This document shows positions 28,429 through 44,212 of a stretch of DNA of 64,000 bases, in pieces. Position numbers and translations under genes: made by a program. The DNA comes from Blastocystis sp. Blastoise (Eukaryota > Protista > Bigyra: Opalinata). The stretch spans positions 310,001 to 374,000 of the forward strand of contig JBBPEB010000029.1 in NCBI GenBank assembly GCA_039096225.1. Direction: 5' to 3'. Under the pieces are notes generated by a model that did not search any database, was not told the DNA's origin, and worked only from the letters and a program-made list of their open reading frames with translations. Position 1 is the stretch's first letter. Every line of letters starts with the position of its first letter.

Positions 28429-30221
28429 TTACTTTTTACCTTTTAATTTTAAATAAGAATAAATAAAAGCACCTAAGAAACTAATACTAATACCAATAAT
28501 TCCAGTTGTATTAATTTGAGTATGGAAAAGAATAGCTCCTAGATATATTATTTATATTTTATATTTTATTTATATTTTATATTTTATTTATTATTTATAT
28601 TTAAAATTATTATTTATTATTTATATTTTATATTTTATTTATTATTTATATTTAATATTAATATTCTTAAATATATATGATATATGTATAATATATAATA
28701 TATACCAGCTACAGTAAGAACAACATCTTTGATATTACCAGTAACAGAAGTAGCAACAGGACTATTATAAGTACTACATAAGATAGTACTGAAACTATAG
28801 AAAAGAATATATATATAGAGTAGTATAGATAAGATATATATATTTAATAATAAAAAAAGATTTCTTTTAATAATAATGAAAATGAAGAAAAAAAATAGAA
28901 ATAATAATAAATGATTCATTTAATATTATTTAATAATATATAAATAATAATAAATAATAATAAATAATAATAAATAATAATAATATTTATATACACCATA
29001 ACAACTCCCATAAGAGAAGAAATAGTAATACCAATTTGGAATCCAGTATATGCCCAGCCTTCGAAATGAAGCATAGAAGTGAATTCCCCGCTAATCATAG
29101 AAACAACAGCAAGAGTAGGAATAGAAAGAACACTATTAACGAACATTAACTGAATTGAACGGATACCTGTATTCTTAGAATAACTAGCGACATATATATA
29201 TATATTATTCTTATCATTATGTATATATTGATAAAAACATAGAAAAATAGTTATTATATAAACATTGAAAAAGAATAATAAATGAAGAATATGTGTGTAA
29301 ATAACATATAATAATTTTAATAATCTATAAAAGTATAAGAAATATACAAGATTTAAGTATAAAGCAGTAAGAACGTTATTACTAAGAGTATATAAGACAC
29401 CAGTAATATTATTGTAAATAAATAAAGGATAATAATATATATTTATAATGTTCACTGAATTATATTATAATATATGAATGCAAAGAAATAAATAGAAAAA
29501 TTGAAATATTATAATAGTTTTAATAAATAGAATATACATAATAATAAATAGAATATACATAATAATAAACATAATAATAATAAAATATAATTATTAAAAT
29601 AAAAGGATATAGATAAAGTACTATATCCAGCAATGAGTGTTCCGACCATAATAACACAGAGAGAAAGAACAACATTAGCAGGTTGATATTGATGAAGGAA
29701 TATCATTTCTCCTACAAGAGCAAATAAAGTTGTTAAACGTCTTAAAGTTAAAAACATAGGAATATCAACTAATTGTAAACCCATGAATCCACATACAGTA
29801 TTAGAAACGAAAGCAACAGAAACGAAAATAGCTTGTTTATTGAAGATTTTATGAGCAGGAGGAAGACTAATGACACCACATAAACCTAAGAGTCCACAGA
29901 CAATAGCAGCTCCACATTGTTGGAAAAGAGCTAAACAAAAAGGAGACTTGAAATGATAACTGGAAAGAACACTTTTATTCACAAGTGATAATAAAATGGA
30001 ACAAGAAGCATAAAACAAACAAACAAGGAATTGTTTCATAATAGAAGCAGGTAACTATATATATATATATATATAAATATATCCTTCACGAAGAATAAGA
30101 TTACAAGACATACACAACCACAAATCAATCGTTCAGTATATTTCTTTTCTTTTTCAATATCTTTATTTCCTTCAATGAGAGATGCAGATTCAAGGTCGTC
30201 TCGTTTAGTATCCATTTTCAT
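28429..30221 (-). CDS. Nucleotide-sugar transporter (SLC35D/TPT-like DMT family)
   Basis: YASCSILLSLVNKSVLS, GLQLVDIPMFLTLRRLT and CSTYNSPVATSVTGNIKD motifs; multiple TM helices; stop TAA 28429-28431. Confidence 0.9.
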
Positions 30222-30915
30222 TCTTGAATAGGAAGCCGTTTTGTATTAGAAAAAAAAATGTAAAAATTATATATAAAACCGATGAGTGTTTTTGGCTGAC
30301 GTAATTCTTACTTACTTGGGTTTTTTTGTCAAAACCATTAAATAGTCATTATTTTATATTTCTACTACAGCCAATAGTTCTTCCAGAGTATATATGTTTT
30401 AGTATGATAAAAGAGTCTTTTTGTATGTATGAATTAGACTTTTCTCGTTTAGTATAAAAATAAGTAATCATGACTCATCACAATTATATGAAAGCATTTT
30501 TTAAGTAATCTCTCATTTTATTATCCATAAATAGCATATTCGTTGTAGATATCAATGATAATTAAATAGGAACTAGTATCCTGAAAAAATCACAAAAAAT
30601 GTGTATATACTATGTAAATACGATGATATAATGAAGAAAAAGATCTTGTTAATCAATGTAAAACTTTCTTATCTAACATTAAATACAATTAATTACTTAA
30701 ATGTGTTTTTATAAAAAAGAAAAATGAAAAAAAAACAAATAATGTAAAAACATCTTTCTTTCTACCTAAAAGAGGAACCAACAAAATTGTAAAGATATAA
30801 TGAATTATAAAAATATATTACACTAAAAAATATGAACGAATAAAACCATATTATAATAAGTGAATAATCAATTATTTATATTTTTTATTTAAATAAAAAA
30901 ATATATAATTTTTTT

Positions 30916-33300
30916 TTAATTTTTCTTTTCACTAGGAGCAGCAGTAGTAGTAGTTCTATTATTATTATTATTATTATTAGAACGAGTATTAGGTCTACGA
31001 TTATTTCTATAGTTATTAGAACGAGTATTATTATAATTATTATTATTATTATAATTATTAGTATTATTATTGTTGGCGTTATTCATAGTATTATTAGTAT
31101 TAGTAGTATTATTATGAAGAGGACGAGTAGAACGATTGTTATAGGGGAAGTGTCTTGGCTCTATATATAATGTTAACATAGAAATATATATTGATATATT
31201 TATAACATATATAATATATATGTATTTATAACATAATATATATGTATTTATAACATAATATATATGTATTTATAACATAATATATATGTATTTATAATAT
31301 ATATATTATAAATAATAATAATAAAAATAAACATATATATATACTTTCTCTCTTAGGTTCAATAAGAAGAAGATTATCCTTTACCTTAATACCCTCCTTA
31401 TATGTTTCTAATAATTCTCTATAGAATTCTTCGGATTCTAAATCAATAAAACCAACAGGCTTACTAGGCATAAAGTGAACATGAAGAACTTCTCCTTCTT
31501 TCTATATATATATTTATGTTATTATTTATATTGAATAATTTATAGAACAATAAATAAATTGGCATATATATAATAATAATTAATATTTCATTATAATAAT
31601 AAACAATTAATATATATATATATATATATACACGGAGGATAGAAGCAATATCTTCTTCAGTAATACCTTGAGGAACGTTCTTAATATATATAGCACTATA
31701 TATATAATATTATGATTCATAATAATATATAATATAAAAGTATTATGTATAAATATAACATTATTATTCATAATAACATATAATATGAAAGCAATATATA
31801 TATATATATATATATATACTATTGTTTCTTATTATGTCTAGGTACAGGAACAATGGTAGGAATAGAAACAGTAGCAGCTTCTTCTACAGGAGCTATATAT
31901 ACATATATATAGTTATCAATAAAAATTTATAATCAATAAAAATTATATATATTTTTTAATTATATTGTTATAACAAGAATAAAACACTATTATATACATT
32001 AAATTAATATAATCAAATATATATATATATATATACAATCTTGCATATCAGCCCAAGCAGCACGAGTAGCAGTTTGAGTCGATTTATTTTCTTCTTTTTT
32101 CTCTTCAGTAACAGGAGCAACAGGTTCTTCAGGAACAGCTACAGATTCAGCAGGAGCTGAAACAGTCTGAACAGGTTCTTCAACGACAGGTTGTTCGATT
32201 TCAGCAGCAGGTTCAGCAACAGGTTCAGCAGGTTCAACAGTAGGAATAGATTCAACAACAGGTACTATATAGATATATAGATTTATAGATATATAATAAT
32301 AATAAATATATATATATATGTATACCTGTTTCTTCTTTTTGTTCTTCAAGCCTAAATAAATAATATATATACATATATATATATATGTAATAAAAAAAGA
32401 GAATCACAATAGAATAATAAATAAATTATTAAAAAAGAAAAATAAAGAATTATATACTAATTATTTAATATATATATATATATAATATACTTTTGTTCTT
32501 CAACCATAATATGGTTTTGTTCTTCTTCTTCTTCGATTTCTTGATGTTGTTCTTGTACGGATCCGATCTTTTGTACGGAGAGCATATCTGATTTAATAAA
32601 GTAATGCTTCTTACTCTTATCTATAGATATATATATATAATAAAAAAAACTATATAGTATATTTTTATAGTATACTTTTATAGTATATTTAAAATATATA
32701 TATAAATCAAATAGAATAATAAATTAATAAAATCAATATATATATAAAATATAAAACTTATTATATTCAAAAAACAAATTAAAAGATTCAAATAAATTAA
32801 TATTTTTAAATATATATATATACCACGAGGATCAGCAGTAAGAATAAAGACTTCAGAGAATGAATAAATAGAACTGTCTTTAGCATACATCTTACCAGTA
32901 ACAAGAATTAAAATAGAATCTAGAGAATTATTTAAATAAATACATTATTTATATAATTTTATATATATATATTATTACATCTTCATATATATTTTTTTAA
33001 AAAACAAATATTTTTAAATATATATTTCTTTAATAAAAGCTAGATTTATATACCATTTAAGGTTTCAAGATAATTAAGAGAGCCATGATCTAAATTAACA
33101 ACAACACCATAAAAACCAGCTTCAGAAAGTTTGGTACTAATATTAGCTTTACCAACAACCACTTCACCTTCAACAGAATCAAAAGAAATTCTTTGAGAAG
33201 ACTCATTTGAATAGAAATTAGGAATCATTTCCTGCTTAAAAGCTAAAGCGGTATAATATGAGTTCACAAACTTTTTAGAGATTTCACTAATAGCAACCAT
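30916..33300 (-). CDS. G3BP/Rasputin-like NTF2 + acidic/proline-rich linker + RRM protein
   Basis: N-terminal NTF2 (KKFVNSYY...FYSNES...FSEVFIL...YFIKSDML), E/P/A-rich linker, RRM (IYIKNVP...VGFIDL...LLIEPK), and R/N-rich tail. Confidence 0.85.
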
Positions 33301-34074
33301 TTCAACTAGAGAAGAAAAAAAGATAGTCCTATTAAATCAAAATAAGATATCCATCGAGAGATATATTATGCAATCATAGAATTCTAATTTATATTATAAA
33401 ATATACAATGATTATAGCACCAGAACAAACGAAAGAAATTAAAAGAATGAAAATGAATGTGCTTTTTATTTTCTTTTACAAGAAATGGCTCAAACCCGAA
33501 GAGGACGAGGAAGACTCGATAGCTATTAAGACGTGTCTCATGGGAAAAACTAGAAATCACCCAATTATATCTATATAAGCATGATTCTTTTAATTTTATT
33601 GTTTTTTATATATTTTTTTTAATTTCAGTTTTTGATTTGAAGATTATAAACAGCATTTATTGTTTATTTTATTATACAATGTTTGTATGTTACTCAATAC
33701 CATATATGAGTTACTTTATTAATCAAAATATTTTTTAATTGTGTCATCATTATTTAAATTATCTTCTAAAAGCATTTTTTTATTGCTCAATAATCTGTAT
33801 TTTCATCACTTAGCATCTAAAACTTAAATAAATTATGATATTAATATCAATTACTAAATAATATACGAAATACAACAAACGTGTCACAAATAAACAATAT
33901 GTTATTCGTTAATACTATTCACGAGTCTAAGCAAGTGGTTTAGTTGCTATAAAATTTAAAACAAAAAAAACCAAACAATAAATATTTAATATATAAATTG
34001 AAAAACAGTAATAGATACATTAAATAAACTATTTAAACCCATTAATGAATACAGGATTCATTTATTATGCTCAT

Positions 34075-35111
34075 TTAAAGTTCTTCTTCATTATCTTCTT
34101 CTTCTTCTTCTTGAGGTTCAGACTTTTCAGCTTCAGCAGCCTTAGCAGATTCTTCTTCAGCCTTCTTTCTTTCAACTTCCTTAATAGATTCATACATAGC
34201 CTTTTCAGCTTTAGCCTTAACATTGAAAGCTTCAGCAGCTTGAGCAGCTACTTGAACATCATCAGTAACAAGGATATCATCGAAAATACTACCAGATTTA
34301 ACTTGCCATAATTCAAAACCAACATAATTACAGTTCTTACAAACATGATAGATGGTTTCATCATCAACAAAATCAGGATTAGCAATCATAGGAGCCTTCC
34401 ATTCACCTTTATATTCAGGATTAGGAATCTTCTTAGGAGTCCATTCACCTTTATATTCAGGATTAGCAATCATAGGAGCTTCCCAATCACCATCATCTTC
34501 ATCATCCCAATCATCAGGTTTCTTAGCATCAGGATCAGCAATTTCAGCAGGTTGATCATCCCAATCTTCAGGCTTCTTATCTTCAGGATCAACAATTTCA
34601 GCTTCATCAACCCAATCTTCAGGCTTCTTAGCAGAGGGATCAGCAATTTCACGAGGAAGAACAAAATCCCATTCATCATATAAAGAACCACTATTTTCCT
34701 TAGCACCATCAATTAAATATTCTATATAATATTGAATATAAGTGATAATTATAGTTTAATTATAATTTTTATAGTAAATGATTCAAATATATATATATAG
34801 AATATAATAAAAAGCATAATAAAAATGATAATAAAAAAAAATAAACCTAATAATAGCAACAATATAAAACTATATTAAAATATAATAATAATAAATAATA
34901 ATACTACATACCATAAGTATTATCGGGATGAATAATTAAAGTATAAAGATGAGATAATTGATCAACAACAGCACGGAAGTTCTTCTTAGCTTCAAGATTC
35001 TTACCCTTGTAACCAAAGATAATATGAGTCTTTCTCTTTTCTATAAAAATAAATGATTAGAATACACTATTTATAAATCTTTTTTTCTTTACTGAATATT
35101 CAAAAGAAATG

Positions 35112-35180
<69 letters not shown>

Positions 35181-35670
35181 ATTATTATTATTTGAATCAT
35201 AAGAATAGCTAAAATTATAATAAAAACATAAACAAACAAAATATGATAATATATATACCAGAACCACAAACATCAGGACCAAACATAATAGCATAAGGAG
35301 CATCACCACCAAAAGATTCTTGATCAATACCATCGGGAAGAAGCTTAATGTAAGCACCACCGCAATCAATTTCTTGTTCATACTTAGCACTGTATTGAAG
35401 AACGAGATCCTTATTTTCATTATCAAAGACCTTATCCATCTTAGCAGAGTAACCATGGAAACGAGCATCAGGAGAAGTTTGAATACCCTTATCATTAACA
35501 TCAGCGTACCATTGACCAGCAGTCCACTTCCAAGTACCCATTTGAGAAGATTCTCTCCAATTAGTAGGCTTTACCCATCTCTTTTCATAACCTTCTTCGA
35601 ATTTTTCATTAAAATAGACTTCAGCAGAAGCAAGAGCAAAAATTAAAGCTAAAACAGCAAATACTTTCAT
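34075..35670 (-). CDS. CRT: Calreticulin
   Basis: Signal peptide; DCGGAYIKL and IMFGPDVCG; P-domain KPEDWDD / GEW..PMIANPEYKG repeats; GFELWQVKSGSIFDDIL; C-terminal ...EEEL. Confidence 0.97.
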
Positions 35671-36509
35671 AGCTATAACAAAACAAAAATAAAAAATTAA
35701 TTATGCACTACGAAGCCATGTTCATTTTTATTTTTGAACTTTCTTTCTGGAAGTATTCACTTCAGAATAATTATGGAATTTATTCATCGAAGTGTGTCTA
35801 GAAGAGTAATACCCTATTGACTCCTCTTTTTCTTCTTCAATCCTATTCCGACGTGAATGGAAAACGACAAGTATCCAATCAAAAGAATTCATACTGAAGA
35901 ATGATTTCCTAATTTGTTTTTAGAAATGAAAACGGAAGTACACGTTGAATGTTTTCTGATTCTTTTTCAGTTCATATATTCTATATATACAAAAAAGCTG
36001 AAAAATGAATGCTTTGTTTGTCGTTTTTTCATAATAGACTATTATAATGTATCTAATTGAACTATAAATTTTGTATACTGCTATTTGTGATCTTTTTAAG
36101 CAGTCTGTTTTATGTATCATAGTGTAGTAATGAAAACAATTTGACTGATACAGTGTTATACTATTATATGTTTATTTTACTTTACATCATAATGACGTTT
36201 TGATTTTCTTTTTGTTTAATTTAAGAGAATAAATATGTGATTATTTTCATACATGTAGTTGAAATCATATTGAATTACAATCAAAGTATTTTATATGTAG
36301 TCTATCAGTATGTAGTTTTCATTTTACGCAAAGAAATAATAAAAATTAGATTTTAAAAACAGAAATAACATCATTTTTTTAAATAAACTCTATAAAACTA
36401 TTATATTACAAGAAAAGGAAGAGAAGTATATATATTGAAAGATTTTAAATAATTTTTTTTAAACAACTGATATTCAATATAGTGAATCTCTATTTGATCA
36501 CTATATATA

Positions 36510-37676
36510 TTACAATTTTGCTTTTAAACATTCAAACACTTGTTCAAGAATAAAATCAAATACCATAAGAATTAATGTTGATATCTATAGAATAGTAACA
36601 TAATACTAATTTTTAATACTTGAAAATGTATTTGCAAATTTAAATATATATGGATAATATATATATTATATATATTATATATGTATATATACAGTAAACC
36701 AAGTAGAAGCATAAACAATAAGAACAGACTTATTATAACGAATACAAATAGTTGCTATTCTACATATGAAATTCTATATATATATATAGAATCTTATAAA
36801 TTAATATTTATAATAAAGAAACATTATATATTAAAAGTTTTAAAAAGCATGTATAATATAATATAATATAATATAATATAATATAATATAATATATATAC
36901 AAGGATAACAACAATAGCAGAAATCCATATTTTTCGTATCGCTAGAAAGAGAAGAGCAGTAATAATAGCTACTATAGTTAATCCAATCACCCACCAATCT
37001 AAATATTGAATACAAGCTACCATTGTTAATATCTATATATATATTGAATATAAAATTTATATATATTTTTTGTTATATATAGAGTTGTATTATTTATATT
37101 TAATAACTCCATCAATCAAATCATAAACATTTATAATCAAAAAAAAATCTATAATTAAGCAAATCTATATATATGTATACAGGATCTACAATATTACAGA
37201 GAACGCATAATGCCAAAAAGAAAAAATGAATTGGACGAATCACATATTTATCTACTGGTCGACAATTCTGTTATTTATATACATAAAGAATAATGGCATA
37301 TTCAAATACCTGATAATCCATTGAAATATATTCATTGATACTATATGAAGATGACTAGAAATGCATATTAATAAAACAATATACTTTTCCCACTTAATTT
37401 CTTGAGATGCCAATACTTCGATACTACTCATCAATTTCGCAGCCATCTGTTTGGACATTTCACTAGCTTTATCAACATAATCTTGAAAAGAACTAGAGGT
37501 ACGTTCCTCACGATGACCTAATTCTTCATCATTAGTGTTTTCAAGAGGTTTGTCAGGTACATTTACCACTTCGGAAAGAGGTTGTTCTGACGAAATTAAT
37601 ATAGTACTATTATCCGATCTAAAATATAATTATTTTATTGTTTGTTAGTGTGATGTAATTACGATTTTGAATTCAT
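36510..37676 (-). CDS. Hypothetical multi-pass membrane protein (several exons)
   Basis: Hydrophilic N-terminus (ORF 37252..37569) followed by hydrophobic exons (WWVIGLTIVAIITALLFLAI); last exon ends ...CLKAKL*; boundaries approximate. Confidence 0.6.
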
Positions 37677-38637
37677 TTTATTATTTACACGCGTAAATAA
37701 GTTCAATAACAACAATTAAAAATCCAAAAAAAAAGGATCAAAAAAATGCCGTTTTCGAATGCTCCTAAGAATCGACGTCATAGTATTATATCTTTTCTTT
37801 TCCTGTTGTAAATGCTAATAAAAATATCTGAATTCTCATCAGAAATGGAGATTTGTCTCAATGAAAATGAGTATGTTTTTATGTAGTAATTTTTTAATAT
37901 TGATATTTGCAATAATGAAAAATACGAAAGAAAAACATCAAATGGTCAATGAAAGAGAGATTACCATTTTATTATTAGTTTCATCAAAAGATAAAACATA
38001 TTTTATAGAGTATAGTCTTTCTTCATCGGATTCATATGAAGAAGTTCCAAATTATAGTAAAAGTAAATAATTTCTTAAAAATGATTGACCTACCATTATA
38101 TATTTTCATATAAATTCATTTTTTAATAGTAATTTATTATTTCTTATATAGTTATCAACTAAGGAGACATAAACATGAAATCAATGATTTCGCAAATGAT
38201 AGAAATAAAATACATTACACTCTTTATATTGTTTTTGTCTTCCTAATAGTATTTGAGTTTTCTTTGCAGTTATTTGAGTTCAATTAAACAATAGAATCCA
38301 TACCACTGTTAATAATTGTTTTACATATCGTTTTCTGTATTCGTTATGGTATTAATTCCATATTTTCTGATATGAATAATTGAATGACTTAGTTTATATA
38401 TAATAATAACCCTATGAATATGATAAATAAAATGAAACCAAAAAAAACACGGAGAATAACCAAAAAATGGGTGTAATTCTAATTGTAATGCAAATAACTT
38501 GAGAAGAGAGAAAAAACAGTCATAAAAAGGGTTTTTTCATTTATTAGCGATAAAAAATCTATATATAGAGTTGAACTCGACTTCTCCATAGATATTATTC
38601 GCTTGTACAGAAATTTTGATTATAAATAGAATAGGAA

Positions 38638-39594
<957 letters not shown>

Positions 39595-39830
39595 ATTATT
39601 ATGTATATCATTTTATTTTATTCTCATTTTCTTTTCTATTTTGAATAACTTTTTATCTTGATGTTTATATATATAACTATTGGGTATGTTTTTTTTATGA
39701 TTTTTTTCGTTCTTTTAGTTAAATCTTTTTTTAATAATTTCCATCAAAAAAAAATTCTATAATAGATTTATATATATAAATATCAAGTGAATAAAAACAA
39801 CAACAACAATCGACATTCATTACAATAAAA

Positions 39831-40100
39831 TTAATTTTCTGATTCTTCTTTCTTTACACGTTTTATGCCTTCTTCTTTCTCAATCATATTTGTTAAATAA
39901 TCATTCACCTCACGACGAACATCATGGCATGCTGCTACAAGTTTAAGTGTGTCTGTTTCATGCAAATCAGGTAGATCTCCATTATCGAATTTGAGTTTTT
40001 CAAATGTATCTTCAGTCAAATGAACATTTTTTGTATCTCTTTCAGTATTGAAAACTTCATTACCATCTAAAGTTACAGAAATACTTATTTTTTGAGACAT
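39831..40100 (-). CDS. Small acidic protein, possible Gon7-like KEOPS subunit
   Basis: Intronless 89-aa ORF with coding-like composition; C-terminal helix LVAACHDVRREVNDYLTNMIEKE resembles the Gon7 'L..lQ..iN.fLT..me' motif. Confidence 0.6.
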   Translation of the reverse strand: MSQKISISVTLDGNEVFNTERDTKNVHLTEDTFEKLKFDNGDLPDLHETDTLKLVAACHDVRREVNDYLTNMIEKEEGIKRVKKEESEN

Positions 40101-41080
40101 TCTAAGAAATAATAAATAAAAAAATGTAATTTGAGGAAATTTTTAAAAAATCATTTGGAATTCTTATTTGGTTTTATTTCAATTATACAAATTATATAAA
40201 TTTGTAAAAAAATATATTTTAATCGTTTTTCACAATTCTTAAGATCATGAAACCACAAAAGTGAATATATGGCTTCAAGAGATAACCATTAGCTGACAAA
40301 TTTCGGTTTTTCAGAATCTAAATACGATATATATCAGCTTTAAAGCAACTATGAAACTCCAATTCGTTGTTATTCGATTCATTATTATTATATACATTAT
40401 TTTTGTCCTTTTTATTAAAAAAACATTTTAATATATCATGAAATACACTTTGAATAATTTCACAAATCGTTGATGATTTCTTCCAAATAAGAAAAATAAT
40501 CAAAACGAGTATTTATTAGAAAAACTATTGACTTTATATAAAAATAACTTTTATTTATGTATGATTTCGCATCTACTAATGATATCTAGATCATCTATAA
40601 GGTAATCATAAGCAAGAATAGCGTTAACAAAAGAATATATTAGAAATTGTGATCAATCAGTTATATTATTTATCATAAATAGCTACACAATGTCAAAGAC
40701 AAACCAATAATATAAATGAAACTTCAAGATATCAAATGTGATATAAATTGTCACTGTATAATATTGTATGAAAAATAGATCAGAATATTGTCATAAATGC
40801 AAAATGTGGAAAAATGCGTAATATGCGAAACTATCCTTGATAATTCATGTTTGAAAATATAAAAAAATCATTTGGAAACAAAAAAGATTTCTCTTGATAA
40901 AGCATAAAACCATAGAAATATCGTTAATTTAAGTGAAATAATTAAAAATAATCATGAAAAATCAAAGACTTCGTTTATCCTTATGAAAATATAAAAAGGG
41001 TAGAGAAACCTTTCTCCTAAATCAATGAGAACAACTTTAATTTTGTATACTTTTTAATTATTCGTGTATCAGATAGCGAA

Positions 41081-43538
41081 ATGTCTTCGACTGCAACTCG
41101 TATGGAATTAAACACTGGTGCTACTACAGTTAGCGAAAGAGAAAAAACTGAAGCCAGTATGTCATCCGTAGCTCTTGATCGTCTTAATTACAAACCAAGA
41201 TATCCTCATATTCTTGACAAAGTTCAGAATATTAGCGTATGTTTAAAACTAGTTTTTAATAATATGTTTATATATATTTTTATTATTATTAAAAAATATA
41301 TTTTTTTTATATAGGTAAAATATGTTGATGAAACTACTATGAAAGAAAGTAATGCAGAAGTTATTCAAACTAACTTTACAAATACTTTTGGTTATCCTAT
41401 TTGTGCCATTCAAACGTATCTTGCTATATTCTATTGTTTTTATTAATTTCTATTTTCTATATATAATAATGTACTATAATATGTATATAGTACTAAAGAT
41501 GAATCTGAGTTTGCAAATGAAGCTATTAATATTGGTATATTATTTTGTGGTCGTCAAACAGCAGGTGGACATAATGTTATAACTGGTGTTTTTGATTATA
41601 TTAAACAAATTAATAAGAATTCTAAACTTTATGGGTATATATTATGTGAATCATTTATACTATGTTTATTTTTTTTAAATAGTTTACTTATTATAAAATT
41701 ATATATAATGTTATTTAAATATAATTGTTTAAATATGTATTATATTTATTATATAATAGTTTAAATGTATATTATATATATATATTATTATGATTATATT
41801 ATATAATAGTTTAAATGTGTATTATATATATTATATATTATATTATATAATAGTTTAAATGTGTATTATATATATTAATTATATTATAGTTTATTCATAT
41901 ACTATATATATATATAGTTTTATTGGTGGTAATCAGGGTTTATTTCAAAATAAGAATATTGAGTTAACTAAAGAAAAGTTAGCATTATATAGAAATAGTG
42001 GTGGTTTTGATTTATTAGGAAGAGGTAGTGATAAGATAGGTGAAGATAAATATGAATTAGTTGCTAAAACATGTGAAGAATTACAATTAAATGGCTTAAT
42101 CTTAGTGGGTGGTGCATGGACTGCGTCAGATGCTGCGTCATTAAGTGAATCCTTCTTACTTATGGGTATTATGACACGTGTCATTTGTGTTCCTGTCGAT
42201 TATTCACGTGATATTAAAAATAATTTTGTAGAAACTACAGTTGGTTTTGATACTGCTTCAAAGTATTCTATATATTATAATAATAATTATTTTATTACTG
42301 TTCATGTTATTTTTTAAATTATTATTTTTGATCATTATCAAATGTATATATATATTATATATATATATATGTATAGAGTGATGGGTAATATAATTGGTAA
42401 TATTTGTACGGATGCCAAAAGTGCACGTAAATACTATCATTTCATTCGTGTAATGGGACGTAATCCTAGTCATATCGTATTGGAAATCGCTCTTCAAACA
42501 CATGCTACTTATGTATATATAATATATATATATATAATTTATAATATATATAATAGAATGCAATCAATAATCTATAATATATATAATAGAATATAATATG
42601 TTAATAATATAATATAATCAATAATTCTATATAATTCTATATAGGCTATTATTTCTGAAGAAGTTGCTGAAAAACATCAGACATTATTACAAATTGTGTA
42701 TATATATATTATTATTTCTATATAAATATATATTTTATTTAATGAAAATAGTAATAATAAATATTATTATAATAAACATAATAATAATAAATATATATAT
42801 AGAAATCAAATTGCTGATGTCATTTGTGAGCGTGCGGAGAACAATTTGAATTATGGTGTTATTATTATTCCTGAGGGTTTAGTAAATCATATTTCCGAAT
42901 TAACTTTCTTACTTCAAGAAATTGATACTTTAATGAAGAAGAATTTAAATCAGGAACAATTAGTAAATAAATTATCACCTTGGAATAAAGCATTATTTGA
43001 ATTCTTACCTACTGATATTCAAAAGAGTTTATTTGATCCCCGTGAATCTCGAGGTGCTTGGAGAAGTGATCGTTTCTCTATGGAAATCTTATTATCTAAT
43101 TTAGTAGAGAAAGAATTAGAAAGAAGACGTGAAGATTATAGTTATGAAGGACATACTAGTTTCTTAACTCATTATTTTGGTTATGAAAGTCGTACTAGTT
43201 TCCCTTCTTTATTTGATTGTGATTATGCATATAGTCTAGGTCGTGTTGCTGCTGCTCTTATTCAATGCCAATTAACCGGATATATGGCCACCTTAAGAAA
43301 TCTTAATGATTCTCCTTTGAAATGGATCCCTAATGCTATTCCGTTAACTGCTATGACCACCATTGACATGAAACAAGGAGTCTATATTCCTTCTATTGCT
43401 GTATTTATTATTATGTTATTATTTTATGTTATTATATTTATTATTATTATTATGTTATTATTTTATGTTATTATTATTATTATATTTATATATTATTATT
43501 ATTATTATTATTTTGTTATTATTATTATTATATTTATA

Positions 43539-43599
<61 letters not shown>

Positions 43600-44212
43600 T
43601 TATCCTGTTATTATATTATTTTATCTTATTATTATATTTTTTTGTCATACTATAATTATACTAATTATTATTATTAATATATATATATACATTATACTCA
43701 TATACACTATTAATACTACTTCTATTATCTCTAGACTTCACAAGTGGATCTTCATGATAAGCCGTTCGTCACTTTTGCCGCCAACAGAAAGAAGTGGGCA
43801 ACTCAAGACGATTTCTGTAATCCTGGTATACACAAATATTATTAATATCATTATTATATATATCTATACTTATTATTATATAATATGCAATAATAGTTGC
43901 TTTAAAATAATATTTACTATATATATACTCACTAGATACATAATGAACATATAAAATAATAATATATATTTTCTATATAAACACAATATACCTATAGGTC
44001 CGATTCAATTTTATGGTGAAACTGCTTCTTTACCTTGTTTATCACTTAGTCTTGAAGAACATACTTATTTAGCTAGAATAGAAGAATTAAGACAACTTTT
44101 AGATACCATTCGTAATGAATGCTTACCTGGATGTCCTAATAATATATTAGATATTTCTGTTGTTAATTCTAAAGCTATTCTTGAACAAATTCAATTACTT
44201 AAACGTAATTAA
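41081..44212 (+). CDS. Pyrophosphate-dependent phosphofructokinase family, alpha-type (non-catalytic) subunit-like
   Basis: [67 protein letters not shown] and PGPIQFYG; catalytic motifs altered (GGAWT, PVDYSRD). Confidence 0.92.

Noticed and set aside
34045-35646. Plus-strand ORFs overlapping calreticulin (also antisense ORFs over Prx, the surface protein and CDC40)
   Set aside because: Antisense shadows of biased-codon genes
37861-38070. 69-aa ORF between divergent genes
   Set aside because: No recognisable motif; likely chance ORF in an AT-rich intergenic region
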